Shown here: positions 26,280 through 35,430 of the stretch, piece by piece
Position numbering within the stretch: position 1 is the first letter of the stretch
Layout: the number at the start of each line of letters is the position of its first letter
Origin: Desulfatiglandales bacterium
Lineage (GTDB): Bacteria; Desulfobacterota; DSM-4660; Desulfatiglandales; Desulfatiglandaceae
Reading direction: 5' to 3'
NCBI GenBank assembly: GCA_038252125.1
Contig: JBBSAR010000001.1
Span: forward strand, 1 to 42,810
Length of the DNA stretch: 42,810 bases
Translations under genes and position numbers: made by a program
Notes under the pieces: model-generated
Database searches by the model: none
What the model was told of the DNA's origin: nothing
The model's input: the letters and a program-made list of their open reading frames with translations, nothing else

Positions 26280-26340
26280 GTATGAACCAGAATTTCGAAT
26301 CCGATGTTGTGCCTGAACGGTATTTTCGTTGAGTCTCAAT

Positions 26341-27684
26341 TTACCCATTCACCCTTTTCATGAGAACCCTGAATTTTGCCCGTGTCAGCCCGAGAAGTCT
26401 CGCTGCGGCTGTCTGGTTGTTTCCGGAAATTTTCAGTGCCTGTTCGACGAGATTCTCCTCGATCTTCTCCAACGATGCCCCTTCCTTCGGAAGCAGAAAA
26501 TCCGAGTCACCGTCGCTGATTTCTTTAGGTGTTTTCAAGAAAGAAATGGTCTGTGCCGTTATTGTGGTTCCATCGGAAAGGATCATGGCTCTCTCCATGG
26601 CATTGGCAAGTTCTCGAACATTTCCAGGCCAGAAATATTCCATAAGGACTTTGGTGGCGCCATCCGTCAGGCGAATCTCTCTTGTCTGATCCAATTGTGA
26701 TAAGAAATGGAGACAAAGGGGAATCACGTCATCGCTTCGTTCCCGTAAGGGAGGGGGCTTAATAGGGAAAACGTTGATTCTAAAAAGCAGATCCTTTCTA
26801 AAAGCGCCACTTCCAACCAGTTTCTCAAGGTCCTGGTTTGTAGCACATATGACTCTTACATCGACGCCAATCTCTTTATTTCCACCTACCCGCTGTATTT
26901 TTTTTTCTTGAAGCGCCCGCAGAAGTTTGGCCTGGGCCTCAAGGGACAAATCTCCGATTTCATCAAGAAAGAGAGTGCCCCCTGTCGCGTATTCAAATTT
27001 GCCTGTCGTTTTTGCGGATGCCCCTGTAAATGAACCCTTTTCATGACCAAACAATTCGGATTCCACAAGATTCGGTGAAATGGCCGCACAGTTAACCGGT
27101 ACGAATCGCATATTTTTCCGGGGCGATACAGCATGAATATAATTTGCGACAAGTTCTTTTCCAGTGCCTGATTCCCCGGTTATCAGAACCGCCGTGTCGC
27201 CTTGGGCGACCTTGTAAGCCAGGTTTATGATGGCATTCATTTCTTTAGAAGCGTGAATAATCTTTTCGCTTCCCGCCGCCTTCTTGAGTTCCTCCTTCAG
27301 ATCCCGATTTTCAGCAAGAATTCGGGACAAATTGAGCGTTTTTTCCACGGTCAATACAATGCGGTCTTCATCGAAAGGCTTGCTGATATAATCAACGGCG
27401 CCATCCCGCATAGCGTCCACGGCAGATTCAACCGTCGCGAATGCCGTAATAAATACGACGGGAATCGGGGCGTCCATTTCTTGAATCTTCTTAAGGAGTT
27501 CAATGCCGTCCATTTGAGGCATTTTTATATCTGAAATAACCATATCAAAAGATGCGCTTTCAATCATTGCCACTGCTTCAACGCCGTTTGCAGCCTGTTC
27601 TACGGCATAACCCCTCCTGCTTAACATAATGGACAGAAGATGCCGCATCTTTTCTTCATCATCAACGATGAGAATATGAGCCAT
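26341..27684 (-). CDS. sigma54-dependent response regulator (NtrC family)
   Basis: Receiver domain (ILIVDDEE...DMVISDIKMPQMDG), AAA+ domain (GESGTGKE, ESELFGHEKGSFTGA, LFLDEIGDL, FRKDLLFRINV) and a C-terminal Fis-type HTH (GNNQTAAARLLGLTRAKF). Confidence 0.93.
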   Translation of the reverse strand: MAHILIVDDEEKMRHLLSIMLSRRGYAVEQAANGVEAVAMIESASFDMVISDIKMPQMDGIELLKKIQEMDAPIPVVFITAFATVESAVDAMRDGAVDYISKPFDEDRIVLTVEKTLNLSRILAENRDLKEELKKAAGSEKIIHASKEMNAIINLAYKVAQGDTAVLITGESGTGKELVANYIHAVSPRKNMRFVPVNCAAISPNLVESELFGHEKGSFTGASAKTTGKFEYATGGTLFLDEIGDLSLEAQAKLLRALQEKKIQRVGGNKEIGVDVRVICATNQDLEKLVGSGAFRKDLLFRINVFPIKPPPLRERSDDVIPLCLHFLSQLDQTREIRLTDGATKVLMEYFWPGNVRELANAMERAMILSDGTTITAQTISFLKTPKEISDGDSDFLLPKEGASLEKIEENLVEQALKISGNNQTAAARLLGLTRAKFRVLMKRVNG

Positions 27685-29092
27685 GTATCTCTCCTTTTCT
27701 TACTTTTCGGACCGGTAGTTCCACATTGAACACCGCCCCTCCGTATTCTCCATTTTCTGCCCATACATTTCCACTGTGCGCCATGATTACCTGGAAGACG
27801 TAGGCAAGTCCAAGACCGGTACCCTTGGACCGGGTGGTATAAAAGGGTTCAAAGATTTTTTCCAATTTATTCGGATCGATTCCCTCCCCCTGGTCTTCAA
27901 TGGCCATTTTCCAGGTTAAATGTCCGCAAAATACACTCACTCGCACGATGCCTTTATTCCCGTTTGCTTCAAGGGCATTCTTTAAAACGTTGCTGATTGC
28001 TCTCGTGATCAAATCGGGATCCGCATCGGTTTCAAACGCTTCGGGAGGGATGCGAGATTCAATGTCAACGGAATCATGGACTTCCTGCATTTGGAATTTC
28101 CTTATGATTTCGTTGAGGAGCGCGTTCAAATCCACGGCGCGGAAGGAAGGTCTGGCGGGCCGTGCAAAAGCAAGAAAATCCTCGATCAAGCGGTTCAGAC
28201 GTTTTATTTCGTCTTCCATGTAATCCACCATGACTTCGCCCGCCGAAAGATCGCAGTCTTTTTTGAGAATATCAAGGGAGCTTTTGATGATACTCAATGG
28301 ATTTTTCACTTCGTGGGCGATCATCATGGAAAATTTGCCTATTTCAGCCAACGCATTCTGCTTCATCAATTCCTGGTAAACATCTTCAAGGGCTTTTCGG
28401 TTTTTTTCCAGTGAGTCAAGCATGGAGTTGAACGATGTTGCAAGACGTCTGGTCTCAGGGGGGCCGCAGGGATAAACACGCGTGTCCAGGTTGCCTTTTT
28501 GAACGTGCCTGGCTGCTTCGGCTAACCGCTTTACAGGACCCACCAGAGATCGTGAAAGGAAATAGAAAGCCAGTGCGGCAAAAAACGCCAGTCCGGAAGA
28601 GAGCCACACGAAACGGTTTTCTATCTTGGTGAGAAGTCTTTCAAGATCCCATGTGCTATAAGTGATTTGAATGGCGCCAATAGGCTCCTCAATTTTCAAA
28701 CCACGTTCAAAGAGATCGAAAACCCGATTTTCGGTTCCGGATTCGCTTGGAAGAACGGGAGTCTCTACAATGGAAAAAGGTCCGGGGATATCCTTCTGCA
28801 CAGAGGCAATTTCTATCCCTTCCTTGTTGAAAATCTCTACTTTTCCTACATCGTTGGCTGTCATAAGGTTGTGTGCAAGCCGTTTCAACATCGTTCTATC
28901 ATCTATCAATATGCCCAATTCAGCATTCAGTGCAAGGTATTTTGCAAGGTAGGAAATGCGATCTTCAAATCGATCATGAACAAATTGTTTTGTAAGACTT
29001 ATTCCCACATATCCCAGTAGGAAAGTGGTTATTCCTATAATGGCAAATACTCCCAGGAGAAGCCGCAAATGTATGCCGATACGATTTTTCAT
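27662..29092 (-). CDS. HAMP-domain sensor histidine kinase
   Basis: Two TM segments flank a ~140-aa periplasmic region. HAMP (VGPVKRLAEAARHVQKGNLDTRV), H-box (MIAHEVKNPLS), N/G boxes (NVLKNALEA, DQGEGI, GTGLGL). It overlaps the downstream regulator by 23 nt and the upstream gene by 4 nt. Confidence 0.9.
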   Translation of the reverse strand: MKNRIGIHLRLLLGVFAIIGITTFLLGYVGISLTKQFVHDRFEDRISYLAKYLALNAELGILIDDRTMLKRLAHNLMTANDVGKVEIFNKEGIEIASVQKDIPGPFSIVETPVLPSESGTENRVFDLFERGLKIEEPIGAIQITYSTWDLERLLTKIENRFVWLSSGLAFFAALAFYFLSRSLVGPVKRLAEAARHVQKGNLDTRVYPCGPPETRRLATSFNSMLDSLEKNRKALEDVYQELMKQNALAEIGKFSMMIAHEVKNPLSIIKSSLDILKKDCDLSAGEVMVDYMEDEIKRLNRLIEDFLAFARPARPSFRAVDLNALLNEIIRKFQMQEVHDSVDIESRIPPEAFETDADPDLITRAISNVLKNALEANGNKGIVRVSVFCGHLTWKMAIEDQGEGIDPNKLEKIFEPFYTTRSKGTGLGLAYVFQVIMAHSGNVWAENGEYGGAVFNVELPVRKVRKGEIHGSYSHR

Positions 29093-30072
29093 GGTCCAAA
29101 GACAAAAGGTGGGGAAAGGGTTTCAGGCGCCTTTCTTCCCAGCTTTTCAGCAACTCGTTGGTTGATCCAGACTTGAAATAGAGGCGCCGAATCCGCGCAA
29201 ATTCGACCGGAAAGGGCGGCCAGGACCTTTTGGGCTGCCTGTTCTCCAAGTTCCTGATAATTAAAAATAAACGCCATTAAAGCGCCACTTTCATAAAAAA
29301 AACGATTATACCCGATTGTGGGGACTTTTTTTATAAAGGCTTCTTTGATCACATAACGAACAATGCTTTCAGATATAACGGTTCGATCAGGAATAAGCCA
29401 TAAGGCCTCCATATCCGTCAAGTAATTCTTGAGAAGCGAGGGGATCTCTTTTCTGCCGTCAACTTTCAACGGGAGGATCTTTATACCGCGCAAGGATGCA
29501 AAGGTGGCGGCGTTCTTGAAGAATTCTTCATTGTAAGCCGGATCATAGAGAAGGCCGATTCTTTTGGCATCGGGAATTCCCGTCGCAATGATTCTGAGCT
29601 GTTCCTCAACCGGGATGTTCAGCGGAATGCCGCAGAAATTGTTAGCGGGACCAAGGATTTCCTGAGGGTTCAAAACCATGGCGTAGAGTTTCAAGACGTT
29701 TTTCGAATCAAAATGATTCCAAACGAATCGAAAAGCTTCGGGGCCGATAGCAAGGTAGGCAACGAATTGCTTGTCCAACAAGCTCTCAGCCAGTGATGAC
29801 TTTTCAGAATTCTGAAATTTCCAGAGCTTTACAACTTCTACAGTTGCCTCTGAACTTTTTGACAAACCCAGGTTGAAACCGTCCACGGCTTCGAGATAGG
29901 GCCTTATGTTCTGAGAAACGACCACGGCTATTCGAGGGACTTCAGCTTCCTCAGCATTCACTGTGGGGAACTCATTCAGGGGGAGGGAAAATGGAATCAG
30001 CAGGAAGATCAAAAGGAACCGGATTGCCCGAATAAAAAGGGAAAATGTTTGTGTCCGGTTCGTGGTTGTCAT
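29089..30072 (-). CDS. periplasmic ABC-type substrate-binding-like protein (ABC_sub_bind/BMP-like), probable sensor partner
   Basis: Signal-anchor FSLFIRAIRFLLIFLLIPFSL. The pattern PRIAVVVSQNIRPYLEAVDGF...KRIGLLYDP...LWLIPDRTV...PTIGYNRFFYESGALMAF resembles the PF04392-type binding fold. ATGA coupling to the kinase. Internal ATG at 30072 chosen. Confidence 0.6.
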   Translation of the reverse strand: MTTTNRTQTFSLFIRAIRFLLIFLLIPFSLPLNEFPTVNAEEAEVPRIAVVVSQNIRPYLEAVDGFNLGLSKSSEATVEVVKLWKFQNSEKSSLAESLLDKQFVAYLAIGPEAFRFVWNHFDSKNVLKLYAMVLNPQEILGPANNFCGIPLNIPVEEQLRIIATGIPDAKRIGLLYDPAYNEEFFKNAATFASLRGIKILPLKVDGRKEIPSLLKNYLTDMEALWLIPDRTVISESIVRYVIKEAFIKKVPTIGYNRFFYESGALMAFIFNYQELGEQAAQKVLAALSGRICADSAPLFQVWINQRVAEKLGRKAPETLSPPFVFGP

Positions 30073-30189
30073 GAAACCTGCGCGGTATGATAAGCGGATA
30101 TTGCAGAATTTGCGGCTGCAAATGTGAATAGAAGACGGTTTGAAGCGGTAACACCCTATTTTTGTGATAAACCGTTTATTAGGCAAGGG

Positions 30190-32478
30190 CTAGGGGTTGA
30201 ACCGCTTGACGACAGCCTTCACTTTCTGTTTGAACTCATCGGTTACCTGAGTTACATCTTCCAGATTGACAATTACTCTTGGGGTAATAAGCACAATGAG
30301 TTCTATCTTCTCGGTTGACTTTGAATTTTGGCCAAAAAGGTATTTTGCGATAGGAAGCTTAATCAAACAGGGTACGCCGGATTCGTTTTCGCTTTCTTTG
30401 TCCTTTATCAGTCCCCCGATCACAATCGTCTGACCGTGTTTGACCGTAAGTGTTGTAGTGACATTGCGTTTAAAAAAGGAAGGATAGGCCTTGCCTCCCA
30501 CAAGGACATCGGCGTCCAGATCGCTGACTTCCTGGGCAACCTCCAGGGTCACGAGTCCCTTATCATTGATGTGTGGAATGACGGTGAGAATAACGCCCGT
30601 GTCCCTGTACTCAATGGCGGTTTCCGTTACCGTTGTGGCGCTGTTGGTGGTATAGGATGAACTGGCCACGGGGATTTCTCTCGACACGTCGATTTTTGCC
30701 TCCTTGTTTTCCGAGGCAAGCACATGGGGAGACGAAATCACATTGACTTTCCCTTCAGTGGCAAGAGCGTTGAGTGCGGCAAACCATTTGTCCGTCACAC
30801 CCACGGCCGCATTAAGCCCGGAGAACGAGGCGCTTGTTGCGGTGGATACCAACTTGTTTATGGTGGCGGCGAAACTGGCCTCTCCCTGCGCCGCTCCCTG
30901 GCCGAAGGCCCACTGCATTCCAAGCTTTGTGCTCGTATCAATGGTGATTTCCGCTATGGTCGCTTCAATCAAGACCTGCCGCGGCAGGATATCTATCTGA
31001 TTCAATATGTTTTCTATGATTCTATGATCCGATGGAATGGCTTCGATAATGAGGGCATTGCGCACTTCGTCCGCCGTGATGTTTATCTTGCTCCGCAAAG
31101 TACCTGCCCCTTCCGACAGATCCACTTTGCCGGAGGTTTCCGGTTTTGCACTTTCTTTTACCTCGACTTTTCTATCTGCCTCTTTTTCTGCCGCCTTTTT
31201 TTCTTTTATGCGCGACTCAGAATAAGGATTCCCGGGGGTTGACAGGGTAGTGCTCTTTTTGGTTTTTGATGCTTCCTTGTCTGAGCTTGATCCGGGAAAG
31301 ACCTGATTCATAAGTTCTGTAAGCTGGGCCGCATTTCCGTTCTTGACAAAGTACACATAGATCCTGGGTTCTGTTTCTTCCACCACCACGTCAATCTTGT
31401 TGAGAACTTCATCGATCTTTTTGAACACTGTCGGCGAGGTACTCACGACAAGCATGGTATTGAGCTGGGTTATGGGAATAAACTTTACCTGCACGTTCGA
31501 CAATTTGGTGTAGGTAAGAGCAAAATTGTCTAACATTTTTGTGGCTTCTTCCACATCCAGGTTTTTGAGCCGGTAGAACCGGTAATCTACTCTTTCGAAA
31601 ATATTGATGTCAAAACTGCTTACAAGTTTCAATATCTTCAGGATGTTCATCCATCTGTCCACCACCAGCAAGGTATTGGAACCTGCATCGGATACTACGG
31701 TCCCTCCCGATGTCATGAAAGGGGTTATGAGTTTAGTCATCTCCTGGGCGGCTATGAATTTGAGTGGGATGATCTGAATAATGATTCTTTCTTCATCAGG
31801 GACGTCTTTTTGTCCCAAGGCGGAAATTTGATCGATAACCGTTCGCGGGGAATCTTTCATGGGCAGGATCTTATAAAGGCTTCCCTCTTTGACTGCCGTA
31901 AGCCCGTTTACTTCAAGGATTTGGAAAAAAACAGGAAACAGATCCTGCCTGTTCAATCCCCGGGCTGTATGGATGGTAACTTTCCCATTCACACCCGGGT
32001 CGACGATGTAGTTGATTCCCAGGATATCCGCCATGGTAATGATGACTTCGTTCAGATCGGCATTATCGAAATTAAGAACTATTTTCTGTCCTTTGTCTTC
32101 ATGATCTTCCTTTACGGAAGGTTTTTCAGAAAATGTTTGGCTCCGGGGAGATTTATCAACCGCAGGAGCAGGAACATTCGCCTTTTGCATCGTTTTTTTG
32201 TTGGAGTCGGGTCGAGATTCTTCAGGCTCATCAAGGCGTTTCTTTACATAACCGGAAGGCGTTCCTATCAGTTCGTACCTGCCTTGCTCATCCGTATAAA
32301 CCCGATTGTCCGGATTCGGCACAACTGGAGGAACCTTTTCCCGTGCGGAAGGTTCCTGTGCCCTGATCTGTTCGGCTTTGACTTCGGGTTTTTGTCCTGC
32401 ACAACCAAAGAAAAAAAACGCCATTAGGAGTAAAGATGTCCATAAAAGGTCCGGGAAAAAAATTCCTGATTGTTTCAT
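30190..32478 (-). CDS. gspD: type II secretion system secretin GspD, with lipobox-like signal peptide
   Basis: N0-N3-like repeats (IVLNFDNADLNEVIITMADILGINYIVDP..., IIQIIPLKFIAAQEM..., YRLKNLDVEEA..., VYFVKNGNAAQL...). C-terminal secretin core (VISSPHVLASENKEAKIDVSREIPV...GVILTVIPHINDKGLVTLEV...GQTIVIGGLIKDKESE..GVPCL..LPI.KYLFG). LLLMAFFFFGC precedes the mature part. ATG at 32478 preferred to TTG at 32508. Confidence 0.9.
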   Translation of the reverse strand: MKQSGIFFPDLLWTSLLLMAFFFFGCAGQKPEVKAEQIRAQEPSAREKVPPVVPNPDNRVYTDEQGRYELIGTPSGYVKKRLDEPEESRPDSNKKTMQKANVPAPAVDKSPRSQTFSEKPSVKEDHEDKGQKIVLNFDNADLNEVIITMADILGINYIVDPGVNGKVTIHTARGLNRQDLFPVFFQILEVNGLTAVKEGSLYKILPMKDSPRTVIDQISALGQKDVPDEERIIIQIIPLKFIAAQEMTKLITPFMTSGGTVVSDAGSNTLLVVDRWMNILKILKLVSSFDINIFERVDYRFYRLKNLDVEEATKMLDNFALTYTKLSNVQVKFIPITQLNTMLVVSTSPTVFKKIDEVLNKIDVVVEETEPRIYVYFVKNGNAAQLTELMNQVFPGSSSDKEASKTKKSTTLSTPGNPYSESRIKEKKAAEKEADRKVEVKESAKPETSGKVDLSEGAGTLRSKINITADEVRNALIIEAIPSDHRIIENILNQIDILPRQVLIEATIAEITIDTSTKLGMQWAFGQGAAQGEASFAATINKLVSTATSASFSGLNAAVGVTDKWFAALNALATEGKVNVISSPHVLASENKEAKIDVSREIPVASSSYTTNSATTVTETAIEYRDTGVILTVIPHINDKGLVTLEVAQEVSDLDADVLVGGKAYPSFFKRNVTTTLTVKHGQTIVIGGLIKDKESENESGVPCLIKLPIAKYLFGQNSKSTEKIELIVLITPRVIVNLEDVTQVTDEFKQKVKAVVKRFNP

Positions 32479-32504
32479 ATCGTTATGGTTCCCTTGTTTC
32501 CTTT

Positions 32505-33323
32505 TCAATTTGGTCTTTTTGCGGGTCCCCTTGTAGCAGGGGCCTTGGTTGTCGGTTGAAGCTGTTTCTGGATATTTTTTATCACATCAGCCTGTTTTGT
32601 CGACGCAGGCTTCACCGGCACTTGCGCCGTCGCGGTCTTGGCCCCGGGGCCCACGTTAACAACCACTGGTCCCGTGTCTTTTTTTAAAGGAGCGACACTC
32701 TTTTGGCCCCTTTTTTCATAAAGGAAAATTGCAAACTCCTTGCCCTCCGCCGTTAGAAGGATGCTGTCATTTTTTATGTCCGTCACCTTGAATCTGCCAA
32801 TCTGGTCGTCTTGCTTCACCCATTTTAACTTGTCCCCGGATGAAACCGGGGCCATTACCGCCGGTTTTTGATTTCTGACCGTCCTCTTCAGAAAAGCGGG
32901 CACGAAAGGTGTCCGGGTGTTCACCGTAGGGGTTTTTATTTCCAGGTTGCTCACCAGCGCCTTTTTCTCATTTTCGGAAATAAGGATACCGTAAAGAGCA
33001 ATTTTTTCCACTTCTTTTTCCATGAAATCCATCATTTTTTGATCGGCTTGAGGTTTTGCGTCAGGCTCTTTTGCCGGTTCCTCGGGCTTGCTTTCGGCAC
33101 GGTCCTCCGCGAACAGATTGTTTGTGGCAACCGTTTCGTATTCTGTTGCAGGAGCCTCCTTTTTCATATACATTTTTTTTTTAATGTTTGAAGGCGTTTC
33201 TTTAACGGTGCTGATAGCGGGTATTTTTCGTTCTTCTCCCCGCCAGGCCCGGTATGCCTGAAATCCTGCAAACACAACCATGGCTGTTAGAAAAAGATTG
33301 ATCAACCATATTCTTGAAAACAT
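32505..33323 (-). CDS. T2SS-associated bitopic protein (GspC/PilP-like position), Pro/Lys/Ala-rich tail
   Basis: N-terminal TM (IWLINLFLTAMVVFAGFQAY), and a small beta-rich core (KLKWVKQDDQIGRFKVTDIKNDSILLTAEGKEFAIFL) reminiscent of PilP/GspC HR domains. It sits between the gspM-like gene and gspD. The family assignment is positional. Confidence 0.4.
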   Translation of the reverse strand: MFSRIWLINLFLTAMVVFAGFQAYRAWRGEERKIPAISTVKETPSNIKKKMYMKKEAPATEYETVATNNLFAEDRAESKPEEPAKEPDAKPQADQKMMDFMEKEVEKIALYGILISENEKKALVSNLEIKTPTVNTRTPFVPAFLKRTVRNQKPAVMAPVSSGDKLKWVKQDDQIGRFKVTDIKNDSILLTAEGKEFAIFLYEKRGQKSVAPLKKDTGPVVVNVGPGAKTATAQVPVKPASTKQADVIKNIQKQLQPTTKAPATRGPAKRPN

Positions 33324-33403
33324 AACGCCTGCCTTTTCAGGGGAACAACAAAAATCCCCTTCCCTTTGGAAGAGTCACTTTTTGATCAGGGTTCCCGTAT
33401 CCA

Positions 33404-33967
33404 TCAGATCTCTTTTTGCTTCATATACCCAGCCACGGTTATATTGCAGCGTATATCGCTGGATCGCCGCGTATAAAAACTGGCTTCCACCTTAATGACC
33501 GACAGGAGTTTTTTTGAATTCTCTATGGAATAAAGCATTTCTTTGAACTGTCTGACGCTCACAATCATATAAAAGGTTACCGGAATGCTCAAATACCCTT
33601 TTTTATCCAGATCTTCCGGTTTTAATACCTTTACGCTGTTTATCTCGACATTGCTCTTCTTAGCAATATCGTTCAAAATCGTTTGGATGTCCACCGCTGC
33701 AAGGGAAGGTGTTTTTCCTTCCAGAAGTTTTGATTCCAGTTTAGAAAGCACGCCTTCCAAAGATGCAAGCTGTGCGTCCAGTTGTTTTCCGGCGCGGACC
33801 ATTTTCTCATATTTCATGAGGGTCCTTTCCCGTAACTCAATTTCTTCTTGAGACGGAACCAGGTTCTGGAGAGAAGGCATAAATCGATAGATCAGTCCCC
33901 CCAAAAGCAAAATTCCCAGGACGGCAAACAGAAATTTTCTCTGTCTATCAAGTTTTATTTTGGGCAA
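33404..33967 (-). CDS. gspM: GspM/PilO-like T2SS assembly protein
   Basis: Short cytoplasmic N-terminus, TM (FLFAVLGILLLGGLIY), coiled coil, then a ferredoxin-like C-terminal region. Located after the gspL-like gene. TTG start. Confidence 0.55.
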   Translation of the reverse strand: MPKIKLDRQRKFLFAVLGILLLGGLIYRFMPSLQNLVPSQEEIELRERTLMKYEKMVRAGKQLDAQLASLEGVLSKLESKLLEGKTPSLAAVDIQTILNDIAKKSNVEINSVKVLKPEDLDKKGYLSIPVTFYMIVSVRQFKEMLYSIENSKKLLSVIKVEASFYTRRSSDIRCNITVAGYMKQKEI

Positions 33968-34037
33968 TGGAACACCAGTTTCTTTAGAATCATAATAAAA
34001 ACAGCAGGATATTGTTCATGAGGATCGTTCATACTGA

Positions 34038-35420
34038 TCAGTTGAGCTTAAAGCCGATCCGAAAAATTTCTTTGCCGCTCCTGTCCCTTGTTATGGACGA
34101 CAGAAAAGACACGTCTTTGAAAAGAGGAGAACTTTCCAGGGCCGGGATCAATTCCGAGGAAGATTCCGCCCAGCCATCGATGGTCACGCCTTTTTCCGAA
34201 AAATCGAATTTTTTAAGCCATGCGGTTTTCGGGATCCTATCACTCAAATCTTTCAAGATATCCAGTGTGCTTAGGCTTTTGCTGTAAAGGGCATTTAAAT
34301 AATCGATCTGATTTTCAACCTTCTCGATGTTCTTTCTTGATTTTTCACTGGCCTCGACCTGACTCTCCAAGTGACTGATCTTTTCATTGAGTTTGCCAAG
34401 ATAGACTTTCTTGGAGAAAACATTGCCTCCTCCCCAAGCCATGGCCGAAAGAATGAGAAGCATGGATAGCGTCAGCATGACATATTGCCCCGCCTTGTTA
34501 GGCTTTTTTCGCAAGGCCGCGGGCATGAGGTTGATGTCCGTGGGAACATTACGGATGCCTTTGAGAGCCAGTCCGTAGGCTGGAATCAAGTGGGGTGAAG
34601 GGATTTGATTCCTTGAAAGATCCACCATGTGAAGGTCGATTTCGTCCATTTCCTTCAAATATTCCGACAGCTTCTCCTGTGAGGCATCCCCCAGAAAAAT
34701 CGTTTCCAATCGACTGCCGTTTTCTCCATGATGTTCCTCTGCGAGCTTCCTGATTTCCTGCGCCAAACGCTCTGTAAAATCCGGGTCATTTTGCCCATTG
34801 TTGAGCCATCTTGAATACTGCAAAAACCCCGATTTCAGGAAATCCAGTTGAACAAAACCATCCCCTGCCAACACGACAGCCATTCCGTTCCCATTCCCCG
34901 CCTTTTGTTGGTTCGAAAAGTAATTGGATATGGCAGTGGAACAAAATTCGATTCCGGAAATCCGGAGGTTTAACCGGCTCAGCAAGGCGAGATAAGGATC
35001 TAACGTGGTTCTCTTGATGATTGCAAGAAGAATTCTTAGCTTTCCGGTTTCCTTTTCTTCGGAGATTATCTGATAATCATAAAATATTTCAGTTTCAGGG
35101 AGTGGAATGAACTTCTCCATTTCATATCGCAGACTGCCATGAAGATTCTCTTTCAAGGCAACCGGCAAATCCACATATCGAATGATGACGACGTTGCGCG
35201 GCAGACTCAAAAAGACGCAGGCCGGCGAAATCCTCGCTCTTTTCAAAAAAGCGCCAATGAAATCCACCGCCTGGTCGAATTTTTCCGCGGCAGTGGTTTC
35301 ACCTGAAAGGGGAAAAGTTCCGGAAGACGCCAATTTCACATCATTTATGGAAGTCTTCAAGAGTGCAACGGAAACCGAGGTATCTTGAAAATCGATTCCG
35401 AGGCTGGTCTGAAAAAGCAA
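34038..35420 (-). CDS. gspL: GspL-like protein (PilM-like actin-fold N-domain + TM + PilN-like periplasmic domain)
   Basis: SLGIDFQDTSVSVALLK (PilM/GspL-type start), TM YVMLTLSMLLILSAMAWGG, then a coiled coil and PilN-like C-terminus. The TTG start is preceded by AGGAG overlapping the gspK stop. Confidence 0.7.
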   Translation of the reverse strand: MLFQTSLGIDFQDTSVSVALLKTSINDVKLASSGTFPLSGETTAAEKFDQAVDFIGAFLKRARISPACVFLSLPRNVVIIRYVDLPVALKENLHGSLRYEMEKFIPLPETEIFYDYQIISEEKETGKLRILLAIIKRTTLDPYLALLSRLNLRISGIEFCSTAISNYFSNQQKAGNGNGMAVVLAGDGFVQLDFLKSGFLQYSRWLNNGQNDPDFTERLAQEIRKLAEEHHGENGSRLETIFLGDASQEKLSEYLKEMDEIDLHMVDLSRNQIPSPHLIPAYGLALKGIRNVPTDINLMPAALRKKPNKAGQYVMLTLSMLLILSAMAWGGGNVFSKKVYLGKLNEKISHLESQVEASEKSRKNIEKVENQIDYLNALYSKSLSTLDILKDLSDRIPKTAWLKKFDFSEKGVTIDGWAESSSELIPALESSPLFKDVSFLSSITRDRSGKEIFRIGFKLN

Positions 35421-35430
35421 AGCAGTTCTC

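Noticed and set aside
33324-33403. GGGGA-N10-TCCCC hairpin between the gspM-like and 272-aa genes as an internal terminator
   Set aside because: The stem is only 5 bp, has no U-tract, and lies inside an otherwise continuous operon. It is too weak to call.
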